Shown piece by piece: positions 7,867 to 16,152 of a stretch of 20,000 nucleotides of DNA (its first letter is position 1; every line of letters starts with the position of its first letter). The DNA comes from an uncultured virus (IMG/VR IMGVR_UViG_3300025879_000013) (lineage: Duplodnaviria; Heunggongvirae; Uroviricota; Caudoviricetes): IMG/VR virus record IMGVR_UViG_3300025879_000013. One strand, 5' to 3'. The position numbers and the translations under genes are program-made. Under the pieces are notes generated by a model. That model was given only the letters and a program-made list of their open reading frames with translations. It searched no databases and had not been told where the DNA came from.

Positions 7867-10800
7867 TTATATTAAAGTAACAGTAACATATCCATTACCT
7901 GTGTTATAAGTTCCTAAATTAGTTATTGTATTACCGTTAAAAGTCGAACTTAAATTATATTGTCCGTCTGTTGTTGCAACATTTGTCATACTTGAAACAA
8001 TGTATGAACCTCCACCTCCTCCACCGTCAGAAAGAGGAGAACCATTTCTATATGAACCACCACCACCTGTGTATCCACCACCACCTCCACCACAGATTGG
8101 GGAACCTCCACCAGCACCACCGAATCCACCATCCGATGCTTGAGACCAAGTCGACGCACCTGCACCACCAACTAAACCATTGGTATAACTACTACCTCCT
8201 TGAGGGGCTGAACCTGTTGCCGTTGTTCCGTTTTGACCATTACTGTTAAATCCTGCCCCCGCACCTGAATCGTATTGGTTTGCAGATACTGTTCCTACAT
8301 TATTAATATGTGTTAAACCACCCTCACCAACAGAACCTGAAGGGGCTAAGAATACTGATGTAGTACCGCTAATATTAGTAACGGCATCATTACCATTATA
8401 AAGTGTTCCTGACTCGGAACTAGTGTATGCTCCATCACCACCACCTCCACCGGCAATGATTAATGGTGAACCACTTAATACTACGAATGAACCACCACCA
8501 CCTCCTGCTCCGTTGAATTGTGTTGCATTGGTAACCTCATCACCTTGTTGTCCGACAATAATTTCAACAACATCACCTCTATTGAGTGAATAACGACCTC
8601 TCATGATAACACCTCTACCACCTGTAGAAGAAGAAGGATACATAGCTGAGGCAGCCTGACCACCCGCAACTTCAAACTCATAGGTGCCTGTTTGAGGTAC
8701 AGTCCAAAGTTGATAACCCTGAGTAGTCATGTTTAAGTTTGATGTGTTCTGTGTCCATGTTTCGGCACTATAAGCGTTTTGTATATTTGTTAATGTTGGT
8801 CCTGTGGCTCCGTTTGTTACACCACCACTGGTAAATGTAAATGCACTAAATGAGTATAAATTAGTGGGTGTGGTTGATGGAGTTGGTGTTATTGATGGAG
8901 TAACGCTATTTGATGGAGTGATACTCGGAGTTATTGTTGCTGTAGGTGTTACCGTTGAAGTATTCGTTGGTGTTGGTGTTGCGTTTGTTGTTGATGTTGG
9001 CGTTGGCGTTACATCGGCAGTTGACGATGGTGTAATCGATGGTGTTGGTGTGTTAGTTGGAGTTACCGATGGTGTTGGTGTTGGTGTTATACTTGGACAT
9101 GTTATAGTTTCAACACTAATATAAACAATGTCACCAATCACCCATTGTGTTGATGCTGATTGAACTAACTGTATTTGATTATTACCATCACCTCTAAAGT
9201 AATATCCCGTTCCTTCAGTACCTCCTGTCCATCCTCCGTATGGTAAACCTGCACCTCCGACATCCTCTAACGTTCCGTCATATATCGCGGTACTACCATT
9301 TTGAGAAATCGTCAAACGAACACAATTACCCACAAAAGACGAATAATAAGAATCTCTATCTACACCATCCTTATCAATTGTATTCCAATATATTCCATCC
9401 ATCTGAGGACCATCATTGAATGAGTTTGGATTAGTAGAACCACTAGATACACCACCGTTACCATTACTAATAATTGTATTACCTGAAGTTGGAACCTGAT
9501 ATGGTGTTGATACTAAATTATAACCATAACCTGTTGTCGGTACTGGCGATGGTGTAACTGATGGAGTTACTGATGGGGTAACACTCGGTGTTGATGATGG
9601 TGTTACACTTACAGATGATGTAGGTGTTACAGTATTTGTTGGTGTAACTGATGGAGTTAATGTTACCGATGAGGTAGGTGTTACAGTATTTGTTGGTGTA
9701 ACTGAAACGGTAGGAGTTACTGATGGAGTTAATGTTACCGATGAGGTAGGAGTTATACTATTAGTTGGTGTTATTGACGGAGTAGGTGTTTCTGTAGACC
9801 TCGGAGTTGCAGACGGTGTTGGGGTATTAGTTTCCGTTGGTAAAGGAGATATTCCTGGTTGTGGAGTCGTGTCGAAACAGAGCAAGTTTTGTTGGTGACA
9901 ATTTACTGGTGAGACACTAACAGTTCCCGAAACGTAACTTACCCCCACAATCCAATAATTACCAACAGGTGCATTTGTAAAACTGTTTACAGTATAAGTT
10001 GCAATTTGATTACCTAATTTCACATCTAGTGAGTTACCTGTTGTTAATGGGAATAAATTATTAATGTCATATCCACTACATAATATATCTGACAAATACC
10101 ACTCAGTAATCGATGACGGAGTTGCACTATTCGCGTATGCAACACCTGTTGCTGACGAACCAGGAATTGCTCCCGTTCCGTACCAGTTATAAGGAATACA
10201 AATCTCAGAGGACTGAGGTTCTGTTGGTGACGGACTTACCGTTAACGTAGGTGTTGGAGTTGGTGTTTGTGTTTGAGTTGGTGTTTGTGTTTGAGTTGGT
10301 GTTGGACTAACCTCAGGACATGGGTTATCAATAATACAAGTTGCACAATCACGATAAGTTTCTTTTACCGCGAGTGGACCACCAGCCGGTGGATTGATTA
10401 AAGTTACCTGGTGACACTGATTATTATAAATCAAGAAATCCCCAACGATGATACTGTCATAAGTTGTTAAAACTACATCTGCACCGTCACAACATCTTGT
10501 TGTTGCCGCTCTTGTTAAAACTGATGGTGTTGATGTTGGTGTAGGTGTTGGTGTTTCTGTCTGTGTTTGTGTCATCGTTGGAGTAGGTGTTGGGTTACAA
10601 ATACAATTACCATTTGTGTATGCACCACCTCCACAACTTGGGTTTGTATTAACAACACTTAGTGCACAAATTGTGGCACTATCGTATATTCCGACAGTAA
10701 TCTCCTGATTAAGACCATCGCAATCGACATATGTAAACGTTGTGCCTGTATCACAATTCATACCACCATATAATTCCCAAGTATCACAACATGGTGTTGT

Positions 10801-12132
10801 CGGAGTTATTGTTGGAGTTGGTGTTTGAGTTATATCAGGTGTAGAATCTGGAGTGGCTGACGGAGTGTATGTTGGTGTTTGTGTCAATGTTTGAGTTAAC
10901 GTAGGTGTTGGTGTTTGAGTTAAATCCGGTGTTGAATCTGGCGTAGTAGATGGAGTCTGAGTTAACGTAGGTGTTGACGTTTGAGTGACATCAGGTGTTG
11001 AATCTGGCGTAGCAGATGGAGTATGTGTTGGAGTTTGTGTCTGTGTTTGAGTTAACGTAGGTGTTGTGCTAATACTCGCACCAGGAGTCTGACTTACTGT
11101 TATACTTGGAGTTTGAGTTGTTGTAACTGTAGGTGTTTGTGTCAATGTCGGAGTGTGAGTTGGTGTAATAGATGAAGTTGGTGTGTTAGTCGGTGTTAAC
11201 GATATTGTTGGAGTGTTAGATGCTGTTACGCTTGGTGTTGGCGTATATGTAGGAGTTACACTCGGAGTTGGCGTGTTAGTTGGTGTAACTGATGGTGTTG
11301 AAGTAATTGTTATACTTGGAGTCGGCGTAATAGTTACTGAAGGTGTAATTGAAGAACTAGGTGTTATACTTGGTGATAGAGTAATTGAAACACTAGGAGT
11401 TACTGAAGAAGTAGGTGTAATAGTTACTGAAGGTGTAACTGAAGATGTGGGTGTAATAGACGCACTAGGAGTTACTGATGAAGTGGGTGTTGGGGTAGAA
11501 TATAGTGTGTTTGATGGTGTCGGTGTTATAGTGTTTGTGGGTGTAATAGATGGAGTTACAGTTACCGATGGAGTTACTGACGGAGTTACTGAATGTGTAG
11601 GTGTAATAGATGGAGTTACAGTTACTGACGGAGTTACTGAATGTGTAGGTGTAATAGATGGAGTTACAGTTACCGATGGAGTTACTGACGGAGTTACTGA
11701 AGGTCTAGGGGTTTCTGAAGGTAAAATTACATCACTATTACCTCTATTTGGTCTACAACATAAATCAGGGATACTTATCGAATCTCTAACGTTTATAAAT
11801 AATTTTTTTCTTAATGGTAATGTAATTTCTCCTTGTTCGTTAGAAATTTTAAACTCAGCAATATAACGACCAGGATTACGTGTTTCATGAGATGTTAGTT
11901 GGTAATAAACATAATATTCAACTTCAGGACTATCACCTGTAGCCTCTTTTACCATAGTTCTTGCTGGTTTATTTACAACATAGTATCTATTGGTTTCCTC
12001 ATCCCACATACTAAAAGTAATAGTCGAGGTGTTCGTTAAGTTATCAAACTCACGAAAATCAACTCTTCCATCTTTTACTACCTGTACCTTTATAATTGGT
12101 AGTGTACTATTTTTCCTTATAAAAAACTCCAT
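7867..12132 (-). CDS. Large modular virion fibre/adhesin: BppU-like N-terminus, mucin-like Pro/Thr/Ser stalks, Cys-containing modules, C-terminal glycine-rich (ALK/LTK-like) domain
   Basis: aa 1-~118 paralogous to the downstream small ORF; five TP(S/T) tracts separated by four globular modules. C-terminus has GYQLWTVPQTGTYEFEVAGG, IIVGQQG, GGGGGSFV, LIIAGGGGG, GGGGGGYTGGG, GGGGGSY and GNGYVTVT. Confidence 0.8.
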   Translation of the reverse strand: MEFFIRKNSTLPIIKVQVVKDGRVDFREFDNLTNTSTITFSMWDEETNRYYVVNKPARTMVKEATGDSPEVEYYVYYQLTSHETRNPGRYIAEFKISNEQGEITLPLRKKLFINVRDSISIPDLCCRPNRGNSDVILPSETPRPSVTPSVTPSVTVTPSITPTHSVTPSVTVTPSITPTHSVTPSVTPSVTVTPSITPTNTITPTPSNTLYSTPTPTSSVTPSASITPTSSVTPSVTITPTSSVTPSVSITLSPSITPSSSITPSVTITPTPSITITSTPSVTPTNTPTPSVTPTYTPTPSVTASNTPTISLTPTNTPTSSITPTHTPTLTQTPTVTTTQTPSITVSQTPGASISTTPTLTQTQTQTPTHTPSATPDSTPDVTQTSTPTLTQTPSTTPDSTPDLTQTPTPTLTQTLTQTPTYTPSATPDSTPDITQTPTPTITPTTPCCDTWELYGGMNCDTGTTFTYVDCDGLNQEITVGIYDSATICALSVVNTNPSCGGGAYTNGNCICNPTPTPTMTQTQTETPTPTPTSTPSVLTRAATTRCCDGADVVLTTYDSIIVGDFLIYNNQCHQVTLINPPAGGPLAVKETYRDCATCIIDNPCPEVSPTPTQTQTPTQTQTPTPTPTLTVSPSPTEPQSSEICIPYNWYGTGAIPGSSATGVAYANSATPSSITEWYLSDILCSGYDINNLFPLTTGNSLDVKLGNQIATYTVNSFTNAPVGNYWIVGVSYVSGTVSVSPVNCHQQNLLCFDTTPQPGISPLPTETNTPTPSATPRSTETPTPSITPTNSITPTSSVTLTPSVTPTVSVTPTNTVTPTSSVTLTPSVTPTNTVTPTSSVSVTPSSTPSVTPSVTPSVTPSPVPTTGYGYNLVSTPYQVPTSGNTIISNGNGGVSSGSTNPNSFNDGPQMDGIYWNTIDKDGVDRDSYYSSFVGNCVRLTISQNGSTAIYDGTLEDVGGAGLPYGGWTGGTEGTGYYFRGDGNNQIQLVQSASTQWVIGDIVYISVETITCPSITPTPTPSVTPTNTPTPSITPSSTADVTPTPTSTTNATPTPTNTSTVTPTATITPSITPSNSVTPSITPTPSTTPTNLYSFSAFTFTSGGVTNGATGPTLTNIQNAYSAETWTQNTSNLNMTTQGYQLWTVPQTGTYEFEVAGGQAASAMYPSSSTGGRGVIMRGRYSLNRGDVVEIIVGQQGDEVTNATQFNGAGGGGGSFVVLSGSPLIIAGGGGGDGAYTSSESGTLYNGNDAVTNISGTTSVFLAPSGSVGEGGLTHINNVGTVSANQYDSGAGAGFNSNGQNGTTATGSAPQGGSSYTNGLVGGAGASTWSQASDGGFGGAGGGSPICGGGGGGYTGGGGSYRNGSPLSDGGGGGGSYIVSSMTNVATTDGQYNLSSTFNGNTITNLGTYNTGNGYVTVTLI
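9620..9750. repeat. Intragenic interleaved direct repeats in a Pro/Thr tract
   Basis: GTAGGTGTTACAGTATTTGTTGGTGTAACTGA at 9620 and 9674; ACTGATGGAGTTAATGTTACCGATGAGGTAGG at about 9647 and 9719. Confidence 0.8.
11540..11701. repeat. Near-perfect intragenic tandem repeat (3 copies)
   Basis: GGTGTAATAGATGGAGTTACAGTTACYGAYGGAGTTACTGA starts at 11540, 11600 and 11648; encodes SVTPSVTVTPSITP units. Confidence 0.85.
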
Positions 12133-14204
12133 TACGTAATTATATCAAAATTAGGGTCACAATCAGGTTCTGAAATATTAAAACCAAAATCACAAGTTAT
12201 TTCATTGGATACAAAATCAAAGTTACATGCCGCCTCTTCAATATTAAAGTTAAAGAAACATCCCAATAAACATGGGTAACAATTTGAACACCAAAAATCA
12301 TATAAGTCAAATTTACCTTTTAGGATTCTTGCATTGTGTTGTATCTGTGGCGTACTTAAAGGTTCGGTGTACATCCTAAATTGAGATATACCACCCATGA
12401 ATGTCCCTCCAAAATTTGGTTCCAATAAAATATCAGTAGTTAATCCTGAAAGTGAAGTTCCTGATAAAACTTCATTCGGCATTGATTCAGGGTCTTGTAT
12501 ATAAGGTCCTTCAGTCGCACTACAACCACTAAACATTAAACTTTCTCTAAGACCTTGTGTTCCTCCACCCCAACTAACATTAAAAGGAACCCCTAATTGC
12601 TTTTCTTTTTGAGTATTTAACTCACGAGGTATGATTTCTTCAAAGTCTTCAATAACCATAAAGAGATAACCATTAACATATAATTTTAACAATCCTTTTC
12701 TCTTATCTCTTTCTCTTAACCATTTACGGTTAAGTTCGGTAATGTTTGTTAACTTTTCTTTTGATGAACCTGGATGTGTTTGTGGTGGCATAATAAGATT
12801 CGGAGATGCACCGTTAATAGATGACGGATATAATAATTCCCTAATATCTCCAAGACCTCCCCAATTAATTAAATCACAATCTTCAAGGGTCTCATATCTT
12901 TCAAAAACTGCTGATATGGTTACCCACCTTTCTTCTGTGTTTGCTGTTAAACACACTAAACTATCATAACCACAATCGTCATATATACCTCTTACTGAAC
13001 ATATTTCATTCACACAATACCCTGACGAGTATGTTAATCCTGTAGTACCACAACTACCCGTTGTAACACAATCACCTGTTAATTTTATGTATTTAACACA
13101 AAGGTGTGGATTTTTAGGGTCACCACTTAACCTAATCGCCATCGCATTTGAAAACACATCTTTACCTGGGTCTACAGGTGGATTAGTAACTTTACTGTTG
13201 TAACTATTACAATTACCAATATTATGTTGAACTGTTGTAGATGTTGTAGGAAATACATTAAAACAATTTGAATTGGTTACTCCTGTGTCTGAACACGCAC
13301 AAGTTTTAATACAATTACTTAAACCCGATGTCACTCTATCATAAGTCCAACCTGTTACTTCACCAATAACATCAATACCAAAATCACATTTAAATGTGTT
13401 AATACTTTGTACATCACCTGATGCGGGATGGTAATACTTATTTTCAGCCCTCGCACCAAAGAAAAAGAACATACCTGAATTATCAGGATATACATCATTC
13501 AAATAAACCTCAGAAGGTTGAATTTCATACTCTTCCCTTTGTCTAGGTTTGATGACAGTTTCCATGGTCCATCCTTTATTCACTCTTTCAGGAAAAACTT
13601 CATAATCGTACCCATATAATTTGTAGAACCCTTGATAGAATCCTCCGTACAATTCGTTATAGTAACCTACATTGTCATCATTTTTTGAAACAATATTGTA
13701 TATCGTTTTTGAATTCCCTGAAAACCTATGATTAGGGTAATCGGCATATGACGTAACTGGGTGAAATTTCATTCTCCTATCGTAGTAGTGAGGGTTAAAC
13801 TTTTCAAAGTCATTAATACCCATAGTAAATGTAATGGATTCACCCGTCATTTTGTTATATAAACCGTTGTCAGTGGCGGTAAGACCTATATCACATAATG
13901 TAGTTGCAGTATAACAACTTAAATCTTCATTATTTGGGTTATAATAATTTTTTGATACTAAGGTGTTGCCGGTGTAATTGACATTCCATAATAAATCTAA
14001 TTTTTGATTAGATAAAAAAGAATTTAAATCAATACTAACAGGTAGACGGTTACCATCATCAACACCAATAATATTGTTAGAGAATACAACTTCTTCATCA
14101 TAGTCTCTTTCGTCTGACGCTAATGTAAGGTCAAAATAACTACTATAATCTAGCTTAATGTCGTATCTGTTAAAATAATAATTATTGATATTCTGACTCG
14201 GCAT
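12132..14204 (-). CDS. Cys-rich putative virion protein with a dispersed LamG/concanavalin-like fold
   Basis: LamG-like strands GWTMETVIKP, LKLYVNGYL and FMGGISQFRMYTEPLSTPQIQHN; about 24 Cys by manual count. Stop overlaps the next start (TAATG). Confidence 0.62.
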   Translation of the reverse strand: MPSQNINNYYFNRYDIKLDYSSYFDLTLASDERDYDEEVVFSNNIIGVDDGNRLPVSIDLNSFLSNQKLDLLWNVNYTGNTLVSKNYYNPNNEDLSCYTATTLCDIGLTATDNGLYNKMTGESITFTMGINDFEKFNPHYYDRRMKFHPVTSYADYPNHRFSGNSKTIYNIVSKNDDNVGYYNELYGGFYQGFYKLYGYDYEVFPERVNKGWTMETVIKPRQREEYEIQPSEVYLNDVYPDNSGMFFFFGARAENKYYHPASGDVQSINTFKCDFGIDVIGEVTGWTYDRVTSGLSNCIKTCACSDTGVTNSNCFNVFPTTSTTVQHNIGNCNSYNSKVTNPPVDPGKDVFSNAMAIRLSGDPKNPHLCVKYIKLTGDCVTTGSCGTTGLTYSSGYCVNEICSVRGIYDDCGYDSLVCLTANTEERWVTISAVFERYETLEDCDLINWGGLGDIRELLYPSSINGASPNLIMPPQTHPGSSKEKLTNITELNRKWLRERDKRKGLLKLYVNGYLFMVIEDFEEIIPRELNTQKEKQLGVPFNVSWGGGTQGLRESLMFSGCSATEGPYIQDPESMPNEVLSGTSLSGLTTDILLEPNFGGTFMGGISQFRMYTEPLSTPQIQHNARILKGKFDLYDFWCSNCYPCLLGCFFNFNIEEAACNFDFVSNEITCDFGFNISEPDCDPNFDIIT

Positions 14205-14217
14205 ACTTGTTTTTATA

Positions 14218-14245
14218 GATAAATACTTTGTTTGCAGTATTTATA
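14218..14245. promoter_or_regulatory. Back-to-back divergent putative late promoters (GTATTTAT on each strand)
   Basis: ATAAATACT (14219-14227) - ttgtttgc - AGTATTTAT (14236-14244). Each TATTTAT starts 21-22 bp upstream of its own ATG (14204 on minus, 14260 on plus). Confidence 0.72.
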
Positions 14246-14259
14246 GTAAAAAAGAATCT

Positions 14260-15012
14260 ATGAAGTCATATCTTTATAAAACAGAAGAGGGTGCAAAGAA
14301 CGCCGCAAAAGAGTTAGGTTGTAGAGGATTTCACAAACATAAAAGAAAAACTTTTATGCCTTGTGATTCACATAAAGTGTTTTTGAAAAAAACAAAATCA
14401 CAAAAACCTGAAGGTGAAATAGACGAATTAATCGATTATGATGGAACAATGTTAAACTCTAAAGTTCCTATTTTGGACCCACATGTTACCGCTAAAGGTG
14501 ACGACACCATGGATAAGACAGTAGCCATGACTCGTATTACTCAAGACCCACTAATGAGAGGTTATCGAGTATATTACGGAGAAGGTGTTGAACCTAAGTT
14601 TATTTCTGAAGAAGATATGGAAGATGCCTTTGGTTTTGAAGAAACCAAATTTATGGATGCTGAAGAAACCATTGAATACTTTATGGATGAATTAGGATTT
14701 GAAGAAGACGATGCCGAAGGTAGAGCAGAAGAAATGGGTAAGGACCCTGAATTGGATGAAACTTCACCTTATAAAGATAAGAAAAATTTTGTAATGAAGG
14801 GTCGTCTGACAGAGAAAGGTAAACAATTAAGTAAAGAAGAAATATTAAAAATGGCTGAAGATTCACTGTTATCAAAATCAGATGACCGTGAATTAAAAGT
14901 AGACCAAGAGGTATCTCCGATACTTAAGAGAAATATAAAAGCCCTTAAAAAATTAGCAGTAATGGATGGAGTATCCACCAACGAACTAATTAAGATGTTA
15001 AGAGATGAATAA
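14260..15012 (+). CDS. Hypothetical acidic protein with an N-terminal DUF3721-like Cys/His motif
   Basis: YKTEEGAKNAAKELGCRGFHKH..TFMPCDSH resembles the DUF3721 pattern (A...GC.G.H....WMPC..H); acidic central region; follows a TATTTAT motif. Confidence 0.6.
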   Translation: MKSYLYKTEEGAKNAAKELGCRGFHKHKRKTFMPCDSHKVFLKKTKSQKPEGEIDELIDYDGTMLNSKVPILDPHVTAKGDDTMDKTVAMTRITQDPLMRGYRVYYGEGVEPKFISEEDMEDAFGFEETKFMDAEETIEYFMDELGFEEDDAEGRAEEMGKDPELDETSPYKDKKNFVMKGRLTEKGKQLSKEEILKMAEDSLLSKSDDRELKVDQEVSPILKRNIKALKKLAVMDGVSTNELIKMLRDE

Positions 15013-15469
15013 AGATTTATACGACAAAAAAGTTAAATTACCTGATTCACTTAAAGACCATTTAAATAAAAGTTTTGAAATGGTAGAGGCGGATAGTAAT
15101 ACTGAAGGGTTTAACCGTAATAAAGAATTGCGAGAAACAGGTATTATGAATTACCAACAACTTAAAAGAGTTAAAAATTGGTTTGATAGTTATCAGGGAG
15201 AAAAAGAAGATGCACCTTTCATACTTAACGGTGGTGAAAGAATGCAAAAGTGGTGTAACCATGTTTTAGACCATTGGAGAAATACCTTAGAAAGTGGTAA
15301 AAAAACAAAAATGGAAACGGGTATGGAAAACCAATACATAGATAACCACACCAAAGATGGTATTGTTGTTAATCCAGGTGATAAACATGAAAAAGGTATT
15401 AACAAATACGACACAGCCGTAACGGAACAAATTAAACAAATAAACTCAATAATGAAAACATTACTATAA
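15005..15469 (+). CDS. Hypothetical phage protein
   Basis: 154-aa ORF overlapping both neighbours (8-bp overlap; TAATG). Helical core GFNRNKEL..QLKRVKNWFD..FILNGGERMQKW. Confidence 0.7.
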   Translation: MNKDLYDKKVKLPDSLKDHLNKSFEMVEADSNTEGFNRNKELRETGIMNYQQLKRVKNWFDSYQGEKEDAPFILNGGERMQKWCNHVLDHWRNTLESGKKTKMETGMENQYIDNHTKDGIVVNPGDKHEKGINKYDTAVTEQIKQINSIMKTLL

Positions 15470-15762
15470 TGGCAACACAAAACGACAAATTACAATTTGA
15501 CCAGCCAGACAACAACTTGTCTGCAATTGCTGAAGCTGAAAGAGGGAAATTATTTCCTAAAAATGATTTTTCACCAAAATCTGATTTGTATTCACCACAA
15601 CACCCTGACGCTATGGCTGACGGTGATGCATTAGGTAGAGGAACTGCAAAATTTTTAGATGTGTATAATGAAAACGCAGGAACATCAACAGATATTCAAG
15701 AAAGAATTGGTGATATTAAAATCAATAAATTTAATTCAAAGAATACATACCCTAATTTCTAA
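15469..15762 (+). CDS. Hypothetical phage protein
   Basis: 97-aa ORF joined to both neighbours by TAATG stop/start overlaps; no recognised motif. Confidence 0.7.
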   Translation: MATQNDKLQFDQPDNNLSAIAEAERGKLFPKNDFSPKSDLYSPQHPDAMADGDALGRGTAKFLDVYNENAGTSTDIQERIGDIKINKFNSKNTYPNF

Positions 15763-16148
15763 TGAAACTTTTGGAAACATTTCGTGGACTCCTTAATGAG
15801 GTCGCATCTCTTAATGATATACAAAAATCAATAAGGGACCGAAATGTTACTACCATATATTATGATGGTGATAACCCAGGTGGGACAGGTTTAAGAGAAA
15901 TAGAACCTGTTTGTGTGGGTTATAGTAAAGCAGGAAACTTAGTTTTAAGAGCGTGGGACCGTGAAGGTGCGTCCCACACCGCCACAATAGGTGAGAAACC
16001 TTTACCAGGTTGGAGATTGTTCCGTGTGGACAAAATCTTTACTTATAAACCAAGTCTTGATAACTTTAATGAACCTAGACCCAACTACAATCCAAATGGG
16101 GATAAAAGTATGACTAGAGTAATTTTAAACGCAAAATTTAATACATAA
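15762..16148 (+). CDS. Stand-alone WYL-domain protein
   Basis: IQKSIRDRNVTTIYY...REIEPVCVG...NLVLRAW...GWRLFRVDKI matches the WYL pattern (I..AI.....v.i.Y, R.veP, L.a, R.FR.DrI). No HTH domain and no obvious full WCX domain. Confidence 0.8.
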   Translation: MKLLETFRGLLNEVASLNDIQKSIRDRNVTTIYYDGDNPGGTGLREIEPVCVGYSKAGNLVLRAWDREGASHTATIGEKPLPGWRLFRVDKIFTYKPSLDNFNEPRPNYNPNGDKSMTRVILNAKFNT

Positions 16149-16152
16149 GAGA

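Noticed and set aside
8860..11715. Repetitive GGTGT/GGAGTT DNA resembling a CRISPR array or satellite
   Set aside because: No constant repeat with unique spacers; the periodicity is codon-based and in frame with a long ORF.
11183..11866. 227-aa plus-strand Gly/Val-rich ORF (also 8804-9124 and 7971-8249)
   Set aside because: Antisense shadows of the Thr/Pro and poly-Gly codon repeats in the 1421-aa gene; no independent start context or motif.
7867..12132. Eukaryotic or giant-virus origin suggested by mucin-like, Cys-rich and ALK-like sequence
   Set aside because: The gp13-like neck gene, TAATG-coupled operons, bacterial-type promoter and absence of a signal peptide favour a bacteriophage.
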